A stretch of 64,000 nt of DNA from an uncultured archaeon (GTDB taxonomy: Archaea; Thermoproteota; Nitrososphaeria; Nitrososphaerales; Gagatemarchaeaceae), in NCBI GenBank assembly GCA_963799775.1, contig CAWCYD010000003.1, positions 1,312,001 through 1,376,000 on the forward strand, read 5' to 3'. The notes under the pieces are model-generated. The model saw only the letters and a list, made by a program, of their open reading frames with translations. It was not told the DNA's origin and did not search any database. The position numbers and the translations under genes are program-made. Positions 11,315-22,875 of this stretch are shown here, piece by piece. Numbering within the stretch: position 1 is the first letter of the stretch; the number at the start of each line of letters is the position of its first letter.

Positions 11315-12406
11315 TTGAGCTTCAGGGTCAGCCTTGTGAGGATCCCCCTCCTGTCGGTTTTTTCCAGCAGCAGGGGTTCGGTCGCTGCGAGGAGTGCCCT
11401 CATCCTTCAGCTCTCTCAGGACGGCGTCGAGGCATTCTCAGAGTGCGTGACCGAGAAGGAGGTCTCCAGCACGGGTGAGGACAACGCCTCGGCGCTGCGG
11501 CTGATAAGAAAGGTGCTGGGAGGAAAGATCCGCGGCCATCCTCCTAGCCCCACGGTCTTCCTGCAGGTGGCCAAGCGGGTGAGAGGAAACCCGATGGCAA
11601 AAGCCGCCGTCGAGATGCTGCTGTGGGACTACGAGGCCAAGGCTGCAGGAAGGCCCCTCGACGAGGTGCTGGGAGACTCTAGGGGATACGCGGATGCCGG
11701 GATTGCCTTGGGACTGGTCCCGGTTGGTGAGCTGATCACGCGGATTGATGAAGCGTTGGGCCGAGGCTACCGGCGGATCAAGGTGAAGATCGACAGGAAA
11801 AGCGCGCTGGAGAGGCTAGGGCAGATTAGAGACTCGTTCCCAGAAATCCGTCTCAGCGCCGACGCGAACGGCTGTTTCACGCTCAGGAGGGACATCGCGA
11901 CCTTGAAGCGAATCGACAAGTTCGACCTTCAATATCTCGAGCAGCCCCTGGCACCCCCGGGCCTGTTTGGCCACTCCAAGCTAGCGGAGAAGGTCTCGAC
12001 TCCGATCTGCCTTGACGAGTCGGTCACGACTCTAGAAAGCGCAGAGGAGGCCATCGGCTTGGGGGCGGCCCGGGTGATCAACATCAAGCCCGGCAGGGTC
12101 GGAGGGCTGCACGTGGCGATGGACATCACGCGGATTGCCAGGGAGGCTGGGGTCAACGTATGGGTGGGAGGGATGTTGGAAACGGGTGTCGGGAGGGCGT
12201 TCAACGTCGCCCTCGCTTCCCAGAGGCAAGTCGACCTTCCGGGGGACACCTCACCCAACGACCGCTATTTCGAGCGGGATATCGTGAAGAACCCCTTCGC
12301 CATGAGAGACGGACGGGTCAAGCCCAACCAGGGGCCTGGCATCGGGGTCAAGATGGACGGCGAGTTCCTGAGGACCGTGACGGTGGGGAGCTGGAAGGTC
12401 TTCTGA
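11315..12406 (+). CDS. menC: O-succinylbenzoate synthase (enolase superfamily)
   Basis: RIKVKI, SADAN, LEQP, CLDES, NIKPGRVGG, GGMLETGVGRA, PGDTS; divergent from menF. Confidence 0.9.
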   Translation: MSFRVSLVRIPLLSVFSSSRGSVAARSALILQLSQDGVEAFSECVTEKEVSSTGEDNASALRLIRKVLGGKIRGHPPSPTVFLQVAKRVRGNPMAKAAVEMLLWDYEAKAAGRPLDEVLGDSRGYADAGIALGLVPVGELITRIDEALGRGYRRIKVKIDRKSALERLGQIRDSFPEIRLSADANGCFTLRRDIATLKRIDKFDLQYLEQPLAPPGLFGHSKLAEKVSTPICLDESVTTLESAEEAIGLGAARVINIKPGRVGGLHVAMDITRIAREAGVNVWVGGMLETGVGRAFNVALASQRQVDLPGDTSPNDRYFERDIVKNPFAMRDGRVKPNQGPGIGVKMDGEFLRTVTVGSWKVF

Positions 12407-12488
12407 GCCGACCTCGGGTCGGCGGGCGAAGGCGAGGATGTAAGAGCCGGCCGGCACTTTACGCGCGTTACCCGTGTCCGCCGACGGG

Positions 12489-13342
12489 CTAGGCCTTTGA
12501 GATGAACTTCATGACCTCGGAGTTGAACTCGGACGGGTTCTCCATGTGGGGGAAGTGCCTCGACTTGCTTATAGTCGAAGCCTCGCTATGAGGGATTGCC
12601 TTAGCTGCCAGCTCTCCGACCTTCCTGAGCCACGCGGCCGTGTCCCACCCGTTGACCACGAGGGTGCGTCGCTGGATCTTCTTTGCTCCCTGCTTGAAAG
12701 GCGGGAGCGTCGTCCGGAGCTCGGCGATCGTCCTAGCGTTATCCAGCATTATCCCTTGTCTCTCCTTTGGCAGCTCGGCGAACGCGCCCACCTTGTTCTG
12801 GACCCCGTCCACGTTGAGCTGGACCGCCTTCTGGAGCTGACCGGCGTCCAACGCCTTGAGTGAGGGGCCGAGGACCCGACCTGGAAGCGCCTCGCGGAGA
12901 GGGCCACGCCGGGGTTGCTGACGAGGAGCGAGAAGAGTTGACCCGAGCTGTTGGGGCCCTCGATGAGGAGCGTGGCGATGGCCGGTTCGACCAGGACAAG
13001 GGAGCGTACGAGCTCGGGGTGGTCGGCTGTCAGGTAGGCTGCGACGAATCCTCCGTAGGAGTGTCCCACAAGGTGGACGGGCGCTATCCCGAGCTTCTCA
13101 ATCAGGCCCTTTAGGTCGGTCGCGTTAGCCTCTATTGTGCTGTCGCTCACGTCCCCCTGCCTCTGGTTGGGGAAGGCGTACCTCCTGCTGTAAGTCACGG
13201 TCGTGTAGCTCTTTGAGAATTCCCCGACCTGCGCCTCCCACGCCCGGTAGTCCGTCGGGATGCCGTGAGAGAACACGATCGGCGTACCCTGCCCGGAGCG
13301 CTCGTAGTAGAGCGAGACGCCTGCCACGTCCAAGCTCGGCAT
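12489..13342 (-). CDS. Alpha/beta fold hydrolase, frameshift near 12870
   Basis: FSHG, GHSYGG nucleophile elbow, SRHFPHMENP. Confidence 0.85.
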
Positions 13343-13445
13343 TCTCAAAACTGCCGTCCAGCCATCTATAAGCAGTTCGGAGAGATTGAGCGAAGCTGCG
13401 CGCTCCGCATCGTTTTAATGAAACCCGCGCTTTCAAGCGCGGGCC

Positions 13446-14189
13446 TTGCCGGACAAGATGATCGAGATAGCGAACCTTTCGAAGGCCTACGGGAAGGTCC
13501 TCGCTCTCCACAACGTCTCGCTCGAGGTCGCGTCGGGAGAGATCCTGGGCCTTCTGGGCCCGAACGGCGCGGGCAAGAGCACCCTCATGAAGATAGTCGT
13601 CGGGATACTCCGGCCGACCAGCGGCTACGTCAAGGTGGGCGGGAACGACATCGCGAAGGAGCCGGAGGCGGCGAAGCGGAACGTGGGGTACCTGCCGGAG
13701 AACCCTTCGCTCTACACCGGGCTCACAGTCAGCGAGTTCCTGCGTTTTCTCGGGAAGATAAGGGACGTCCCCGACGGCATCCTGCAGGACAAGATCTCAG
13801 AGGCGCTCATGACTTTCTCCCTCGAGGAGAAGACGAACGCCCTTCTCGGCACGCTGTCAAAGGGCATGAAACAGAAGGTCGCCCTCATCGCGGCGACGCT
13901 CCACGACCCCAAGGTCCTTGTGCTCGACGAGCCGATCACTGCGCTCGACCCAAAGTCGCAGGTCTTCGTCAACAGCTGGATCGCCTCGCAGGGGAAGAAG
14001 GGGACAACCGTCCTCCTCTCTACCCACAACCTCGAGATCGCCCAGGACCACGCGACGAGGATAGCGATAATCGACAGAGGGAACATCATAGCGCTCGGAG
14101 CCCTCGATAGCCTCAGGAGGATGGCCGATGCGGGCAAGGATGCACGGCTTGACGAGGTCTTCCTCAAGCTCACGGCAGAGACGTCGTGA
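13446..14189 (+). CDS. ABC transporter ATP-binding protein
   Basis: GPNGAGKST, LSKGMKQK, VLDEP, STH. Confidence 0.95.
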   Translation: MPDKMIEIANLSKAYGKVLALHNVSLEVASGEILGLLGPNGAGKSTLMKIVVGILRPTSGYVKVGGNDIAKEPEAAKRNVGYLPENPSLYTGLTVSEFLRFLGKIRDVPDGILQDKISEALMTFSLEEKTNALLGTLSKGMKQKVALIAATLHDPKVLVLDEPITALDPKSQVFVNSWIASQGKKGTTVLLSTHNLEIAQDHATRIAIIDRGNIIALGALDSLRRMADAGKDARLDEVFLKLTAETS

Positions 14190-15821
14190 CCAAGGAGCCG
14201 CGCAAGACTTGGACAGCCTCGTCGCCGTCTCGACCCTCGTCCGCTACTGGATGAAGGGGAGGTTCACGCGGGCGATGGCCGCTTGGATGCTCATCGGCGA
14301 GAGCTTCGGCGTAATCATGGTCCTGTTCGTCGGCGGGACGTTCCTCTCGTTCTCCTCGAAGTTCAGTCTGGGCGGGAGCATCTCGGACGCTAGCCTGAGC
14401 ATCCTCTTCGCCCTCTTCCTCGTCGGGCTCATCCAGAGCGGGTTCAACGGGAGCGGCCTCCCCGTCTCTTCGGCCGACGTCGACTACGTCTTCACCTCCC
14501 CTGTCAGGCCCAGCCAGGTCTTCGCCGCGAAGGTTCCTGATGAACTCTGTCACCACCGTGCTCCTCTCGTTCCCCCCGATACTGGCCCTCTACCTCAGGT
14601 TCGCAGAGTCCTACGGCACGGCGGCAGGGTCGGCGTTCCTCGCAGGCGGGGTCACGCTAGCATTCTTCGTGATGGGTCTCTTCCTCAGCGCGGACATCAC
14701 CCTCTCCCTGAACTCTCGTGCGGGCTCCCGGGTCAGGCTCCTCAGGAACGTCTTGATGGGCGCGGTGATAGTCGTCTCGCTCACCCCGCTGACGCTCCTT
14801 ATCCCTAGCGCGCCTCCCATCCTCGGCGAGATAGTCGACGTCCTCCCGAACGGGCTCGCCGCCCAGGTGAGCTTCACCCTCGTGAGCGGTCTCGGGTGGA
14901 CCTTCGCGAACCTGCTCGAGCTCCTCGGGCTTGCTGCCTGGTTCGTCTGCCTCCTCGGCATCGGGATAAGGCTGTCAAGGGGGCAGTTCTACGAGGCCCT
15001 CAGGCTGGGCGACGAGGATGGAGGGATGGGCGACCCGCTGCAGGAGCAGTCCCCGACCTCCCCGAAGCTGGAGACGGCCGGGAGGTCCGTCTGGGGCGTC
15101 GTGAGGGCGAAGGAGAGGCTCATGATGAGCAGGACCAAGGAGATGCGGAGCATGCTCATCAACACGTTCTTCCTCGCGGGGTTCATGGTGATCTACAGCC
15201 TCTCGGGGGTCTTCCAGTCATCCCCCACCTCCTTCCTGTTCATCCTCTTCATCATAGGGTCACTTCGGCTCGGGGAGCGCGGCCAGGTGGCTCGAGAAGG
15301 AGAGGCTCTGGATAATCAAGACCTCGTCCCTGGAACTTACCAGATATGTCAGAGAGGCTTATCGGGCACGGGTGACACCGCTGCTGTTGTTGCTGACGCC
15401 TGTCGCCGCGGCTGTCGGCGCCCCCCTGATACTGGGGGACTTGCAGCGGCCCACCTCTCTGCTGCCTATCGCTCTCTCGCTCCCGGGGGCGCTCGTGGTC
15501 GCGGCGATAATGATGGCGGGCGGGATGTACTTCGCCGCGAAGTTCGGGCAGAGCACATCTGACGACCTGCTCCTCGCGCAGGGGCAGGGCCTGACCGACG
15601 TGAAGAGGTTCCTCTACCAGACCGTGAACAACCTCGTCATGGTCGCCCCTGTGATGGGCCTGGTGCTCGCTTCGGGGCCTTTGGTCGGCGCCCTTGGAAT
15701 TGGCTCCCTCCCGATTCTCGGGTTGGGCCTGCTCACGGTCGAGCTCGCCTACTGCGTCTTCATCCTGAACTACCTCCTCTCGGCCGCGGGACGCTCGCTG
15801 CGCGAGAGAGAGGATATCTGA
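14186..15821 (+). CDS. ABC exporter permease (several frameshifts)
   Basis: Multi-TM segments across three frames; ADVDYVFTSPV typical of ABC exporter permeases; overlaps the ATPase stop. Confidence 0.75.
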
Positions 15822-15842
15822 GCCCGGGATCTGTCGAGTTCT

Positions 15843-18012
15843 TCAGCCGATGCCGTGCCTTGGTCGGCCGCCCTCTGTGGTAGAAGACTTCTTCACGTCC
15901 TTGATGGCTTCCTCAAAGTCCTTCATCGTTATCGTGAGGTCGGCTGCGTCGCTGTCCGCCGCTTTGGCGTGAGACTTTACGTATTGCTTGATGGCGGCGA
16001 TCGAAGCGGCGTTTGCCACGGCGGCGAGCTCCGCCCCGGTGTCGCCTTCTGTTAGCTCGGCGAGCTTGGCTAGGTCCACGTCCTTAGCGAGCGGCTTCTT
16101 CTTCGTGTGGATCTTGAGGATCTCGATGCGCCCCTGCTTGTCGGGAGGAGGGATCCTGAGGATCCTGTCGAACCTGCCGGGACGGAGGAGGGCCTCGTCT
16201 ATGATGTCGGGCCTGTTGGTGGCGCCAAGGACCACGACGCCCTTGAGCTCCTCCAGCCCGTCCATCTCCGTGAGTAGCTGGCTCACCACCCGCTCGGTGA
16301 CCTGGCTGTCGGTCTCGCCCGAAGTGCGCCTGGGCGCTATGGCGTCGATCTCGTCGAAGAAGATGACGCAGGGGGCCGCGGCTCGGGCCTTCCTGAAGAT
16401 CTCCCTCACGCCCTTCTCAGACTCGCCGACCCACTTTGAGATGAGCTCCGGTCCCTTGATGCTGATGAAGTTCGCCTCGCTCTCGTTTGCCACGGCCTTT
16501 GCGATCAGCGTCTTCCCTGTTCCCGGAGGGCCGTAGAGCAAGATCCCCTTCGGAGGCTTGACGTCGCCCTTCTGGAAGAGCTTGCCGTACTTGAGGGGCC
16601 ACTCGACCGCCTCGGCGAGCTCCTCCTTGACGCTCGTCAGGCCGCCTATGTCGTCCCACTTTACGTTGGGGACCTGCACGAGCACCTCCCTCATCGCCGA
16701 CGGCTGGACGTCCCTCAGGGCGTCCTGGAAGTCCTGCATCTTCACCTTGATCTTGTTGAGCGTCTTGGGGGGAACCTTGGTCTCGTCCATGTTGATCTCC
16801 GGGAGCACCCTCCTCACCGCGAGCAGGGCCGCCTCCTTCACGAGGGCCTGGAGGTCCGCGCCCACGAACCCGTGGGTCACGCGGGCCATCTCGTCGAGCT
16901 TCACGTCGGTCTCCATGGGCATCCCTCGGGTGTGGATCTGGAGGATCTCGAGCCTGCTCTTCTCGTCCGGGATGCCCATCTCGATCTCCCTGTCGAACCT
17001 GCCCGGGCGCCTCAGGGCCGGGTCGAGCGCGTCGGGCCTGTTCGTTGCGGCTATCACTACCACCTTGCCGCGAGACTCGAGCCCGTCCATGAGGGTGAGG
17101 AGCTGCGAGACGATCCTCTTCTCCAGCTCGCCACTCACCTCTTCCCTCTTGGGGGCGATGGAGTCTATCTCGTCGATGAAGATGATGCTCGGGGCGTTTT
17201 CCGCCGCCTCCTTGAATATCCCTCTGAGCTTCTCCTCGGACTCGCCGTAGTATTTGCCCATTATCTCCGGGCCTGCGATCGAGTAGAAGTTCGCGTTCGT
17301 CTCGTTGGCGACTGCCTTCGCGAGGAGCGTCTTCCCCGTCCCCGGCGGGCCGTAGAGCAGGACGCCCTTCGGCGCCTCGACGCCCACGCGCTCGAAAATC
17401 TCGGGGTGCCTGAGGGGGAGCTCTATCATCTCGCGGATCTTCTGGATCTCCTTGGTGAGGCCCCCGAGGTCTTCGTAGGTGATGCGGGGACGCCCGGTGT
17501 TGAGGGGCTTGTGCATGGTCCCCAGGCGGAACCTCGTCTCGAGCGTGACGACGGCCGCGCCCGGCGGATTCGTCGAATCTACGATGAAGTCTATCTTCTT
17601 CCCCATTATGTTGAGAGGTAGCGAGTCGCCCTTCGTCATCACCTGGTTCTCGAGGACCATCCGGGAGGTACTCCTCGAGCCCCTCGATGTTGAGCTGCTC
17701 TGTCGGAGCGAGGACGATCTCCTGGGCCTCCTTCGCCTGAGCGGGGGCGATGGTCACCGTGTCGTCGATCCCGACGCCTATGTTGTTCCTCGTGTACCCG
17801 TCTATCCGGATGAGCCCCCTACCGTAGTCTTCGGGGTAACCCGTCCAGAGGACGGCATGGCTCTTCTTCCCCTTCCCCGTGATCTCGATGACGTCCCCGG
17901 CGGAGAGGCCCATCGACTCCATCACCTTAGGGTCCATGGCCGCTATCCCGTGGCCGACCAGCCTAGAGCTTGTCTCAGCGACCCGGAGACGCGGGTCTCT
18001 CCCTTTGTCCAT
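15843..18012 (-). CDS. cdc48: CDC48/VCP AAA+ ATPase, frameshift near 17660
   Basis: N-domain ([15 protein letters not shown]) plus two AAA domains (GPPGTGKT twice, [20 protein letters not shown]). Confidence 0.96.
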
Positions 18013-18068
18013 GCGCGCATTTCCCTGCAAGGAAAGATAAAAACGCTAAGGACATTCTACGTTGCTCG

Positions 18069-18660
18069 ATGCGGACGACCTCTTCGAGGAAGGGGACGCT
18101 GGCGTTCGTGGTCCAGAAGCACAAGGCCACCTCCCTTCACTATGACTTTCGGCTGGAGGTCGGGGGAGTCATGCCCTCGTGGTCGATACCCAAAGGCCCG
18201 ACCCTGGACAGCAAGGTGAAGCGGCTCGCGATGCCCACCTCCGACCATGCCATGGACTACCGTCGTTTCGAGGGAGTGATCGGCAGGGGGCAGTATGGCG
18301 CCGGGCCGGTGATGGTCTGGGACGAGGGGACACTACAATCCCGAGCGGGAGGTGAGCAAGGGGGTCAGGGAAGAGGTGAGGAACAAGACCGAAGCGGAGG
18401 AGGTGGCGAGCAAGAGCCTGCGAGAAGGGAACCTGAAGTTCCGGCTCTATGGGAAGAAGCTGCAAGGCTCGTTCGCCCTTGTACGGACCAAGGGGTTCGG
18501 GGACAGCGACAGGGAGATGTGGCTCCTGATAAAGCACCGCGACGAGTTCTGCAAGGAGGGTTACGACGCCAATGACTACGTCTACTCCGCACTGAGCAAG
18601 AAGACGATGGCGCAGATCGCCTCGCAGGGAGAACTGGAATCAGGGTCGTCGTTTCGTTGA
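18069..18660 (+). CDS. Stand-alone LigD 3'-phosphoesterase domain protein, frameshift near 18330
   Basis: [55 protein letters not shown]. Confidence 0.92.
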
Positions 18661-19053
18661 GGACGAGGGCTTGCCGCGCCTATTCTTGGGCGCGACGTGG
18701 CTCATGACGTAGAGCCCGGCGAAGAGCGCTATTGCTGCTGGGAGAGGCGGAGGGAATGGGGCTTTCTCGGGTTCTTGCGTCTTTGGGGAAGACTCTTCGG
18801 GTGCCGAGCCCAAGCTGGAAGGAGGCAGGAAGAATGAGAGGAAAACCGTAAGAGAGACCTGAACAGCGGAAGAGAGACATGAGCGAAGCGCGAATCAACC
18901 GCAGGAAAGGCAAACCTATGAGCCCAACGGAAGGAGACAACGCGAGAAGTGAGGCTCTCAAGGACGCCACACCCGATTCTGAGCCACCCTGGCGCATCAA
19001 GACGATGAAGGGAAAGAACCCCAAGGGCACTGCGGACGACGAATCTAGGTAGG

Positions 19054-19526
19054 CTACTTCAGCCCAAGGGCGTCGCTTAGGTCTATCTCGTGGTCCTGCT
19101 CTTGCCTGATTATGTCGCGCAGCGCCTCCGAGAGGGCGAACTCTCCCGCGGCCTCGGCTTGGCGGATCCTCTCCCGGTAGGACTTGATCGTCTCCTGTTC
19201 TGCCCTGAGGTCGATCTCCAGCATCTTCCTAGAGTCGTCTGAGAATTCCGCGGGCTTGCCTTTCACCGTCGGGACGCCTCCCAGGTAGTCTATCTGCCGC
19301 GCGACCTCAAGGGCGTGGCTCAGCTCTTGGCTGGCGTGTTGTTTCAGCTGCTCCGCGATGTCGCTGTACTGGGCGCCCTTCAGCGCGACGCTGAAGACCA
19401 CGTATTGGATGATCGCTTTGTACTCTCTTGCCAGGTTCATCATTTACGGCCCTTCACTATCTTCTCCCTTGCGGCAGATGAAGCCTTGGCCGCGTCAGCC
19501 GGATTGGAACCTTTCCCACGAGGCAT
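19054..19526 (-). CDS. Ferritin-like (bacterioferritin/DPS-type) protein, probable frameshift near 19445
   Basis: LAREYKAIIQY, QELSHA, IDYLGG, EQDHE di-iron pattern; upstream frame MPRGKG...REKIVKG supplies the N-terminus. Confidence 0.82.
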
Positions 19527-19750
19527 GAAGGAAAAGCGAATTCGACGACTTAAAAGAATTCCCGAACTTCTTGACAGTGTATTGATAATCAATCGAGAAA
19601 AAAAGGCCCTCGCGTTCAAATCGCGATGACTATGAACAATTCTGAGTTGGAAGGCAAGAGGAAGAAGATGGAGGGTGCCGCTCGCGAGGAGATGGGAAAG
19701 ATGGGCCGAGTGGACACCCTACTCTTTCTCTGAATTTTCCTCTACCGGGA

Positions 19751-21845
19751 TTATCTCGGATCGTAACGGAAGAGCAGCAGCGAGTTGGCTATCACAGTCA
19801 CCGAGCTGATGGCCATCGCGCCGGCCGCAAGGAACGGCAGGACCGAGTAGATCCCCGGTCCCCACACGGGCACGAGCGCCCCTGCGGCGATGGGGATGAG
19901 CACGATGTTGTATGCGAACGCCCAGAACAGGTTCTGCTTGATCTTTGAGAGCGTCTTTCGGCTCAGCCTGGTAGCGACCGCCACGTTCGCCAGGTCGTCG
20001 TTGACCAAGACGATCCCGCCTGTCTCCTTTGCGATGTCGGTCCCGCTTCCGATCGCCATTCCGACGTCGGCCTTTGCGAGCGCAGGCGCGTCGTTGATGC
20101 CGTCGCCCACCATGGCGACCACGTGCCCTTCCTTCTGCATCCTCTCTATCTCCTCCTCCTTCTGTCCCGGGAGCAGCTCCGCGGTGAACCTCTTGATGCC
20201 CAGGCTCTCCGCGATGGTCGCTGCGGTCCGCCGGTTGTCGCCCGTCAGCATCACGACCTCGATCTTCATCGCCTGAAGGGCTTCGACCGTCGGTCTTGCG
20301 GAGGGCTTCGCCGTGTCCGCCACCGCCACGACTCCTTCGACCCTGCCTTCGACGGCGACCATCATCGCGGTCTTCCCCTGCGCTTCTAGTCCAGACATTC
20401 TCTCTTCTGCTGGAGAGATATCGACGGCGTTGGCTCCCATTAGGCGCCTGTTCCCGAGAAGCACTGTCTTCCCCTCGACCTTTGCCTTGACGCCCATCCC
20501 CGCCACGGCCTCAAAGTCCTCCGGATCTGAGACCTGAACGCCTCGGGTCGTCGCTTCACGGAGAATCGCCACTCCTATGGGGTGCTCGGAACCCTTCTCC
20601 ACCGACGCTGCGAGATGCATGATGGCGTCGGGAGAGAGCAGTCCGACAGGGAGAAGGTCTGTCACCGAGGGCTTCCCGATGGTCAACGTGCCCGTCTTGT
20701 CGAAGGCCACGGTGTCGACCCTTGCCGCGCGTTCGAGGTTCTCGCCTCCTTTGATGAGCACCCCGCACGAGGCCCCTTTGCTGGTCCCGACGAGGAGAGC
20801 CGCGGGCGTCGCGACGCCGAGCGCGCACGGGCACGCTATCACCACTACAGAGACGAAGGCGAGGACAGAGAAAGCAAGGCTAAGATTACCGAGGAAGTAC
20901 CAGAAGACCGCGGCGAGCGTGGCCGCCGATATCACGATAGGGACGAAGTATGAGGCGATCCTGTCTGCGAGGCGCTGGATGGGCGCCCTCCCCGCCTGGG
21001 CCTGCTCCACGAGCTTGACTATCTGGAATAGAGCTGTGTCCTGGCCGACCTTCTCGGCCCTTATCCTCAGCAGCCCGGACCTGTTCATGGTCGCTCCTAT
21101 CACCCGTTCGCCGGGGTGCTTCTCCGACGGCATGCTCTCACCTGTGACCATCGACTCGTCGACGGCGGACCGACCCTCGACGACGACCCCGTCCACCGGC
21201 ACCTTCTCTCCGGGCCTGACCACGATCAAATCCCCGACCGCGACTTGCTCAACAGGGCCATCGACCTCGTTACCGCCCTCTTCGACTCTCCGGGCCGTGG
21301 TGGGTCGGAGGTCCAGGAGCTTCCTTACCGCGGCTGACGCTCGGTTCTTCGTGGCGTGCTCGAGGAACCGCCCCGCAAGGACGAGTGTGATTATAACCGC
21401 GGCGCTGTCAAAGTACACGCCAGATGAGGGAAAGTATCCCGGAGCGAAGGTCACTACGGTCGAGTAGGCCCACGCGGCCGAGGTGCACCACTGCGATCAG
21501 CGAGTCCATGTTCCCCATCCTGCTCTTCAGCCCGTCATAGGCGCCCCTGTAGAAGCGCCAGCCGATGACGAACTGCAGCGGCGTCTCCAGGGCGAAGAGG
21601 ACGTAGTCGTTCGCCCGCGACGGCAGGAGGTCGAGATACGTCAGGAGCAAGATGGGAATCGAGAGGACCACCGCTAAGATGAGCTCGATCTTGAGCGTCC
21701 GGAGCTCCTTCTCTGGGGCGAGGAACTCCCGCATGCAGCTCTCGCTGCAAAAGTAGTAGGTGACGCCCCTTACCTCGGCCTTCAGCTCCGCTGTCTTCTC
21801 GTCCACGAACATTCCGCACACAGGATCGGCCGCTATTGTTTCCAC
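19751..21845 (-). CDS. copA: Cu(I)-type P1B ATPase with N-terminal YHS/TRASH domain, frameshift near 21480
   Basis: DPVCGM...[42 protein letters not shown]. Confidence 0.93.
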
Positions 21846-21912
21846 TCGCCCGATTGGTCGGGGTCGTTTGCCATCGTTGGAGCGAGGGGCGCCAGAGGTC
21901 TTAAACCCCTGT

Positions 21913-21928
21913 CCTTACGAATGTAAAG
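21913..21928. promoter_or_regulatory. Putative copper-regulator operator upstream of the copA TATA box
   Basis: CCTTACGAATGTAAAG (TTAC-N4-GTAA dyad); near-identical copy at 22588..22603. Confidence 0.6.
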
Positions 21929-21937
21929 CTGTTTTGC

Positions 21938-22556
21938 TCACTTGCGTTTAGGCTTCGCGAGCCTCGACCCGAACTTGTCGAGGTAGGCGTTCCTACAGGT
22001 CTTGCAACAGAAGTAGTACCGCGCAGAGCTACCCACAATCGTGTACGGCCTCGCTCTAGCTATCTCCTCATGGCAGTAGTCGCACTTCAGGTTCATGGTG
22101 AGATTGGTCGCCGAAAGAGGCGTGGGTTCTTCCTTGACGACGCTCGTTATAATATGACTCGAAGTGACTCTGACATCTGGCCTCGCGAGCACGTTGCGAT
22201 TAAGAAAAGGCTGAAGACCGCCAACATCGTCCAAGGCAACCTTCATGATCATCCCCTGGCCCGTCGTGATGTAGATGTCTTCGACCTCGGGCAGTTTCGA
22301 GAGGTCGCGCGCGATCTTCTCGGCCGTCGACGAGTTCACTTTCAGGGAAATCACGGCAAAGACTCGGCGGCTCAGGGACTCCGCAGAGAGTATAGGAACG
22401 AATTTCTTGATCATGCCTGCCTTAATCATTCGACCTATCCGCGAGGAGACTGTCGGGGTGGTCAGCGCGGTCCTTTTCGCAATCTCCCTGAACGAAGCCC
22501 TCCCCTCGACCATGAGGCACCTCAAGGATGCGGGCATCGGTTTCGTCGGGCTTCAA
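21938..22556 (-). CDS. Lrp/AsnC-type regulator with C-terminal TRASH domain (CopR-like), frameshift near 22525
   Basis: HTH ASFREIAKRTALTTPTVSSRI; C-terminal CDYC...YYFCCKTC; upstream frame MKPDETDARIL. Confidence 0.88.
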
Positions 22557-22587
22557 GGGAACGTCGAAGACGAGGTACCCTTAAAGG

Positions 22588-22603
22588 CTTTACGTTTGTA
22601 AAG
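22588..22603. promoter_or_regulatory. Putative copper-regulator operator between regulator and chaperone genes
   Basis: CTTTACGTTTGTAAAG, a perfect 6-bp dyad between two divergent TATA-like boxes. Confidence 0.62.
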
Positions 22604-22649
22604 GATAGATTTGATATAGGGATGGCGGTCACTCTCTGTTGAGACACCT

Positions 22650-22799
22650 TTGACGAGAGACCCTGTGTGCGGAATGATGGTAGACGAGAAGAAGACGAAG
22701 CTATGCTCGGAGCATGACGGCCACGCCTTCTGCTTCTGCTCGCAAGCCTGCAAGGCAGCCTTCGACAAGGGCCCGCACAGATACGGCCACGTGCACTAG
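22650..22799 (+). CDS. YHS/TRASH metallochaperone, 49 aa
   Basis: Manual translation from TTG: MTRDPVCGMMVDEKKTKLCSEHDGHAFCFCSQACKAAFDKGPHRYGHVH; below the ORF-track length cut-off. Confidence 0.88.
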   Translation: MTRDPVCGMMVDEKKTKLCSEHDGHAFCFCSQACKAAFDKGPHRYGHVH

Positions 22800-22875
22800 A
22801 ATTGCGCGGCCCACGACCCTGCGCATGAGTAATTCGCATCGCCCTTAAAGGGAAGGGCGTGGTCTTCGGGCACTG

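Noticed and set aside
18680-19052. Small ORFs between the LigD-PE and ferritin-like genes
   Set aside because: Competing short frames on both strands with no recognisable motif; cannot choose between them.
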